Shown here piece by piece: positions 55,625-64,000 of a stretch of 64,000 nt of DNA. This DNA is from the human T2T-CHM13v2.0 reference genome, Homo sapiens, in NCBI RefSeq assembly GCF_009914755.1, contig NC_060936.1, one strand, 5' to 3'. The position numbers were made by a program, and so were the translations under genes. The notes under the pieces are model-generated. The model did not search any database. It was not told the DNA's origin and worked only from the letters and a program-made list of their open reading frames with translations. Position 1 is the first letter of the stretch, and every line of letters starts with the position of its first letter.

Positions 55625-56615
55625 AGATTTAAAAAAAAAAAAACTTAGAAAATATCTCCTCCTGAATTGGCATAGACTAAATGGCTTAATTTAATCTTTT
55701 TCATTTCTACCTTCTGAATAAAAATGTCACCAATAAATACTAGTAACCTCAGCAAAGGTATAAATATTACCAATTTATTTGTATGATGTGGATACACATA
55801 GTTGGTTATTAACAGGTATTAAATAGAGTCTGTGACAGCACATTTTTGTTCAGGTTTATGGGCTCCATTTGGATACTATTACAAAAAGTTGGTGAAAGTA
55901 AGTTAAATATAAATTTACAAAGAAGTTGCCTTACAAAGCTTTTATAGTGTCACTCCAGTCTCTTGAAAGCAAAGTAAGTAGGTCTTAAATTTCAGGAAGA
56001 TGAAAATATGGTTTTGTAACTGATCAATGACAAAAATAAAACAAAAAATCAAACAAAAGAGTGACAAAAGCATTTAGAGCAAATGGTGTATATAATTGCC
56101 TTCTCGCAATTTCTAAGATCATCTCATTGATTAAATGATCTTCTCTGATGGACTGCCGTTTTCTGGCTGAGTAATGGACACCTTATCTGTGCTGATGAAC
56201 ATGATCACCAGGTCCCCTCTGGTGTCCTGGAGCACAACCAGTAACAATATTGTCAATGTGCTAATGACTGCTCTGGGGTGCTTTCCTCATCTTCCTCACA
56301 CCAAAGATACCTCATTCTCATCTTCTACTACAACCAGAAAATCATTTTAAACCTGGCTTCTCACTTTGAAGTTTGCTTTGGCAGCTTTGAAGTATTTGCA
56401 GCTTTCTGGCCAGTATTATCTGTGTTTCATAGATCACAGAAAATTCTGAAAGAGGGAAAAGCACTTATTAATTTGAGATGTAGAATCTTTTGTTAATATG
56501 TTTCATATAGGGTTGGTTTCATTTCTTTAATATCCTGTAATAAGTTATTGCTTTTAGAAGGTGAATAAGAGACAAAAAAAAAAAAGTGGCTAATAGGACC
56601 TTAGGGAACTACCTA

Positions 56616-56961
<346 letters not shown>

Positions 56962-57319
56962 TTATGATGCCTAATATTACCTTCAGGGCTCCAAATAAGA
57001 AGCCATCATGCATAGCAAATGGTACCCCTGCTCCTGAATATGTTGCTACATTTTAATTAGTTACTGGGTTACTTAGGCATATAGAGACCCACAGAGTCAA
57101 ACTCTTTACTTAAAGTGTTAAATGCAATACATTTAATTTTTTTAATTTAAAATTTTAAATAAGCTAAATAGAAAACACCTCGTCTGTGTAAGTCCAAATG
57201 AAGTAATAGTATATAACTAATTGTGAACCTGAATATCCATAGTTGTTAATATTTCATTTAGTCCAGCATTTCAGTTACCTTAATTTGCTGCAACGAAAAA
57301 GTGTTTTAATTATGTATAC

Positions 57320-57730
57320 TGTCTTAGGTTAAGTGGACCCAGAAACAGGCTCTGAGGCAGAGATTTGCATGTGAGAAGCCTGGAGAGTTGTCCCAGGAAC
57401 AACACCTGGGAGGAAATGAAGGTAGTAGGACTGGGCAGAGGAAAATGTAGAACTATGATGCTATCTTAACAGAGACCCCTGCTGATCTGATGGCAGAGAG
57501 AGCTCTGAAACTGGAATGGCCTGTCAGAGTTGTCCGGAGCCAGGCAAAAGAGCCATGCCATTATCCCTGGAGGAGTGAGCATAGCTTTGAATAAAGCAAC
57601 TCCCTTTGACTGAATTCAGTTTCCAGAGTAGGAAGAAGCTGCAGCAGCCCATGCCCCCCGCCCCTGGGGGAGTGAATCCCTCGATCCTGAAGATGGGATC
57701 TCAGTCTTCAGCACCCACTGTGTACACCAA
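57320..57730 (-). mobile_element. LTR16C-like ERVL solo LTR
   Basis: tgtcttaggtt...gaaacaggctctgaggcagagatttgcatg...ggactgggcagagg...cagagttgtcc. Confidence 0.75.
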
Positions 57731-58381
57731 TTCATCTTGTAATATGCGGACATAATTTCTAAGCCATAATAAAATTTTCCTTCCCAAGTAATTTTAATCA
57801 CTTATGAGACAAGGTCGGGCTCCTTAAGGTTACATTGTCCTTCTCCTCTTTACCCACTTTGTTGCTTGTTTAAATCATTTCTGGAATTAAGAGTGTGTCA
57901 TTGGAGCATATTCTGAGAATGTGACTTTGAAAGTCTGACCTGCGGACATGTGATAAATTGTGTCTGGAGATTGATTTTGCTGAGTGCTAATACCAAATCA
58001 TGTAGCAACACAGTTTCACCTACTAAATATTGCCAGACCATATTGTTGAAGTCTGTGCTGCCACGGTCACCTCATCAGGATGTTTTCTGTCCTGTGACTA
58101 GTGGCTTCAAATGTACTCATCCATCTTCTTGTCCCATTACATTTGGTGTGACTGATGTTCTGTACCCATTAAAATTGATGGGAGAGAACAAAGAGAAGAA
58201 AAATGTGCCCTTCGATTGATTATTTCTCTGAAAGCGTAAATGAAAATTCTCCAGTACCAACAAGAGATTTAGAGTGGGGGGTTTCCCCCATTTATTAAGT
58301 GCTTTAATTAGCAGGTTTACGAAACAGAGTTTCCTGTTTATAAGGGTGCGTTTTTCAGCTCACTTTAAAATTTAATCTCCT

Positions 58382-58612
<231 letters not shown>

Positions 58613-59535
58613 TTAATCTCCTTCTGAAATGTTTGATCTTTATAAGATGAATTTAATAGCTGTAACATTGTTTATAGTCAGGGATTGTTTTGGTGAATTC
58701 TCAGTACCAGAACCAATTAAATCAGATGCCTTCGTGTCAGGTTTTTTTCTTCTGATGAGCTATCATAATGGCTCATTTTATGCTCTGTGATAGCCAATAA
58801 TTAAATTGACCATTGTTGTAAGCTGAAGCCAAAACCAAAGTGATTTTGGAAGGCTCAATCTTCCTAGGTTTTTCTTGGATCTATTGAATGTTATCTTTGT
58901 GTTCAACAAATTGCAGAACAGCAAGATATCTCTGCAATACTCACAACACATTTGTTTAATTACATTATTGAATGTGTTAGGGGAAAAATAAAGCCTGCCC
59001 ACTGGCTGAGATCAGGCTTCGGTCTCAACACCTCTTTCCTCCTGAGGTTCCTGCGTTTGAGTTAGAGAAAACAGTGTGGACTTATTTCTTAGGAGACATG
59101 GTAGAGTCACATTTTTAAAAGATGTATTTTTTTCTTTTCTTACAAAATTCAAAATGAAATAAATGTGGCCAAATAATAAATAAATAATATGAGACTAGTT
59201 ACTTTGGTCTGTATTCCCTTGCGGGAGATTGAATACCCAGGGATCTTTGGGGTAATTTGAGTGGTATGGATAGCATGGTCCCTTGAGGGAGACAGGAAAG
59301 TAAGAAACATTCTTCCGGTGTGACATTGGTCACAAGGATGGCAGGAGATATTCTAGGACTTTGACCATAGGAATATATCTGTGAACAGCTGTCAAGTTGG
59401 CTGTGGCCAAGCTGGTCCACATTTTCAGCAATATTAGTGATCATGTGCTATACAAATACTTGACCAACTGTGGGACAAATGGAACTAAGGAGACTACAGT
59501 TAGATCCTTTCCCTTATGTAAAAAATGGCCTGAAC

Positions 59536-59741
59536 CAGCACTTTCCAATAGAAATATCTGCGATAATGGAAATATTCTATATTTGTTCCATCAAGTACAA
59601 TAGCCACTAGCCACATAGGACTGTTGAACAGTTGAAGTATGGCTGGTGTAACTCAGGAATTGAACTTCTACATTTGGTCATTTTAGCCAATTTAAATTTC
59701 AGTTGCCACATGTGGCTAGACTATTGTATTGGACAGTGCAG
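59536..59741. mobile_element. MER3 (hAT-Charlie)
   Basis: cagcactttccaatagaaat...tagccactagccacat...gccacatgtggctag...ttggacagtgcag. Confidence 0.85.
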
Positions 59742-60619
59742 GGTCTAGAAATTGTTAAGGAATCATATGCAGTTCTATAGAAATGATGTCTTAAAACCTT
59801 GAAGTCTACAGTTCAATTTATATTCTATCCTAACATTTAAAAATTCTCTCTATGGATTTTTTAGGGGGATGAATTTTGTTTAAATGTGTAGTGCTTTTTT
59901 AAGAACTGAAATGAAATATAAATTATAAAAGCAAGTATAAAATATGAATCCCATGGAATAGCCTACAAAGAGGAGGCTTAGAAACTAGAATACTAAAATA
60001 ACTCCCTTAGATAGCAGCATTTAGTAAATAATCTTGACACTAAAATCTCATGAAAAAGATAGCCTTATCATTTTACATTTGCAAATCTTGACAGCCTGAA
60101 ATCTAGGTCATTGTATTGGCAGTGGGAATAAAGAATGAATTAATTTAATTCAAATACAAAGAGTTGCACTTCCAGAACTCAAAAAAATTGTCATCAAGTG
60201 GGGCGTTCTGAGAAAATCAGTTCCCCTTTCAACTATTGCAGCAAAAATAAATAATAAAATAACAATATTAATAACAGTTTAATTGGAGTAGCATCTTGTA
60301 CTGAACCTTCTTTCAAACTCCTCCCCGATCTTAGGATTCTGTACCATAAATCTTGTACATTAATCTGAGAAGTCCTTATGAAATGCTGTTTCTTCAAACC
60401 CCTTACTGCATTTTGGCTCCAATAATACTTCCTGTTATGTCAGTATTTCATAAATATTCAGTACTGACCATAAGATGTGTGTACTTCAGTCTCACCATTC
60501 AAAATTAAACCCATCTTGGTTGAATAGAAATTTGTTCTTTCCCAGTAGGGATATTACAGGCCATTCTCTCACTGTAAATCCTAATTAGGGAACCATTGTC
60601 TACATTGTCTACTCATGTG

Positions 60620-61700
60620 TGTCCCTCACCCTGTCCCCTCAACCACCACATATCCAAGTTGCCAAATTCTAATGTTCTTCATCTTCAACATTTCTTTCAT
60701 CTGTATTTCTTTCAGCATTATCTCTCCTTTCCTTTACCACCAACCTTCTGGATTTATTAAGCCCACATTTTCTCTCAACCTCTGATCTCTCTCTTTGCTT
60801 CCAGTCTCTAAGCTTCAAGCCATCGTCCACCCTGCTGCCAGTACATTGTTCTTCTAGCTTCTTTGACAGATTCTCCAGTGGTTGCAGGACAAAGTCCAGT
60901 TATCCCAGTTATACCTTGCTCAGAGAACACTGCATCCTGATAGCCTTCCACAGACACCTCAGTTGGAACCAATTTCCCTCCTGCTTAAGTTACTTGAATG
61001 TACTTCTCCCCAGGATAACTCAAAAATTTATAAAAGAATGAATGGTTTTTTTTTTTCTTTTAGAGATTATAAACATTTTTCACTGCCCTACCTCGTGTTT
61101 AAGTTTTCCAGAAATCCAGTGACCTAAATAAGGCAGGCAAGATGTTTTCCCATTTTGTAAAGGAGAAAACCAGCTGAATTAGGCAAGGGAATAATCCAAG
61201 AAGACATAACCAGGTCCTTTCTATATTAATAAAATTAGTGTTTCAATAAAAATGATATCCCCAGTGCCTGGAATAGTGCTTGGCCTATAACAAGTGTTAG
61301 GGAATAAGTGTTGACTTAATGAATGAGTAAATGAATGAATGAAGACATACTGCAGAGGGCCTTATAAATATCATAACTGGTGTTTGAACTGGCTTAACCA
61401 CATAATGAATGGTCACTGGATCACCTGAGCAGGCCAAATGGTGTGGTCACACGCAGGTGCAGATAAACCTAAAGGAAAGAACGAGAAAGTTAATACAGAA
61501 ATGAGGAGATTCTGCAATTGAGTATGACAATGGAACCCAAAGTTAAAATAGGAGACTGAGAGAAATTTTAAAGAAAGGGCTTAGAGTTATTACTTCTTGA
61601 CACTAACTGAATGGAAGGGCCAATGGAGAAGGCAGAACCAAACATCATGCCTAAGTTTGCAGCCATAGTGTGTGGGCAAAGGGTGATGGCCATACCAGGA
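60620..61700. mobile_element. Mosaic of L2 (+ and -) and MIR (-) fragments
   Basis: L2 3' end ccccagtgcctggaatagtgcttggc...gaatgagtaaatgaatgaatgaa; MIR core cccattttgtaaaggagaaaac. Confidence 0.5.
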
Positions 61701-62859
61701 AGACAGGATTGTTTCCCTTAAATACAGATGAGCCTTTATCTGTGCTAAATCCTTTAGCATCTAATTATACTATAGATTTTCTTATACTCCTTACTAGATC
61801 TCTGACTAATTATTCACACATGAAAATACTGTATTTCTCAATCTTTTAATTCTTTATTGTTCCCAGGGCACCAAGTCCACTTCTCAGCAAATGGTAGACC
61901 TTAATATGATATAAACACTATGCTATTGGAGTATATCATATCCTCCATGAAAGTTTAACTTAGGTGCAATTTGTATAAACAAAAATATTATTTTTCAGAA
62001 AAACGGCTGTTCTCAAAAGTATTAGCTGCATTTTTCTGAAGTGCATTTTGCTATCAGGTGCTTTGTAAAGTGGGATGGCAATGTAATGAATAATCCGAAC
62101 TAAATTTTTCACAGAGGAAAAGTTGCTGGAATTTTAAAGATGGTTTTCTTTTAGATTTTCTAGCAAATACTAAAATAAGAATTTAAATTTTTTTGAAGCT
62201 TCATAACAAACTTCACAGCCATGAAGCAATGAGTTATCTTTCTCTTCCTTTTTTTAGCTATAGCAGAATAAAATGAGGGATTATTGTGTCCATTTGAGTC
62301 ATGTGGTTATACCTACATTTTCTAGGGGACCAAGATCTTTTCCATCAATGCTTATTTTCCTTGTACCAATGTCAGAAACGTGGCATTTGTTTTAAAATAA
62401 AGTAATTTAATTTGCAAGTTTAAAATGTAGCTATTATAAGTAATTGAAAGCATTAGTAACTTTTTGGTGATAGGAGTAGTAAATTAACCCAGGGGTTGAT
62501 AATGACCATCCAATTAAATCCAACAAATATTTACTGAGTGTGAATGATTCTAGGTGCAAGGCATTGCAGTAGCAAAGTGAGGCTCCAGAGGTGTGTAAGA
62601 CAGGATCTTGACCCTGTAGGGGCTTTATGTCTTTCAGGCAAATCATTATATAGTGAGACAAAATACAATTGATGAGAAGAGCGGGGAAAAGGGAGGGGGA
62701 ATTGGACTAAGGGGACCACCAGAAAACTTCATGAAGAACATGCAATTCAAACTATTCCTTGACAGATGAGGGTGTAGCATTCTGGCTGTAAAGATGTTAA
62801 AAGCAGAGAGTCTGAATCTGGGAAATCTAGAAGGTGTTAGTCTGAGGAGAGTGACTTTT

Positions 62860-63158
<299 letters not shown>

Positions 63159-64000
63159 GAGAGTGACTTTTATAGGTAGTTAGAAATCTTCAAATTCTTT
63201 CAGAAAAGAAGTGGCAAGATCAGATCTATGCTCAGCTATAATAAGGGAGGGTTACTATTAGCTAAGTAGGGCAGGAAATTTTCACACTGGTTTTTAGTAT
63301 AGCCATTTTTTTGCCAGATGAAGTAAAGAGCTTTGCACGGCTAAATTCTGGGAGTTGAGGAGGATGGACTGAGTACTGTGTACCCCACAGTGGCCCTGGA
63401 GGCTCCTGTAGGTGGGACTGAGAAGGGTGGTATGTAAGAGAGACTAGAGGTCAATAGAAAATCCCAATCTCTGGGCAAGAGTAGTGAGAATAGGGGCAGA
63501 GAGCTGGCTTGGAAGACATGGCAGTGAAGGGAAGCCAGGCCAGAGCAGCACAGTTTGGTGACTGATTTCCATGAGGGGGTTAGGGAGAGAAAGAAGTCAC
63601 AGAAGTTTCTGATGTTTCAGATTGCAGCAACTGGGAAGAGGATGGACATTGGCACTGAGATAGGAAACAGAGAAGGGCAGATCTTTGGGAGTAGATGAGG
63701 AATTAGTTTTGAGATCAGAGTTCAAAGGATTTGTAGACTAGTAGAAGAATGGGTGCCAAAATTCAGACAAATACTGGCAGCTTTATCCTATGGTTTAGAT
63801 GGGCTAAACATCTGTCCAAAATAATGTCAGCACATTCCAGGTTGATAGGAAGGTGATTTGTCTGTATTTATTACTTTTTTTCTTTAGTATATCCCGTAGA
63901 TTTGTTAATCTGACCTTTTATACCAACATTTCAAAACAATTTAAGGAAGTGCTAGAAGAGAGTTTTCAGACCTGGTATATGATCCAAGGTGATGTAACAA

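Overview
This is AT-rich, repeat-laden primate (almost certainly human) genomic DNA and is essentially all intronic. The only coding sequence I can support is a 69-nt exon on the + strand (42387-42455, MGCNLCTFQKREEHYKLLYEVSQ followed by CAG|GTGAGT). It is too short for the ORF track. I recognise it from memory as the alternative N-terminus of the short isoform of PDZRN4/LNX4 (chr12q12), which would place the window inside a very large PDZRN4 intron that contains an internal promoter. The rest is 13 Alus, several L1 fragments, many MIR/L2 relics, MaLR/ERVL LTRs, DNA-transposon MITEs (MER2, MER5, MER81, MER3) and micro/minisatellites. The ORF-track entries are repeat-derived or chance. I cannot demonstrate a new biological system. 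The best leads are: (1) a Fyn-like MGCxxC lipid-anchor first exon whose ATG lies 1 nt after a TAG that is both a uORF stop and a candidate 3' splice site; (2) an unexplained ~150-200 bp fold-back hairpin at ~55.5 kb; (3) a perfect RFX X-box flanked by RBPJ sites at ~11.8 kb; (4) a polarised (TA)n/CTGAG minisatellite; (5) an orphan L1 ORF1/endonuclease fragment with no 3' end. Repeat subfamily calls and boundaries are by eye and approximate.
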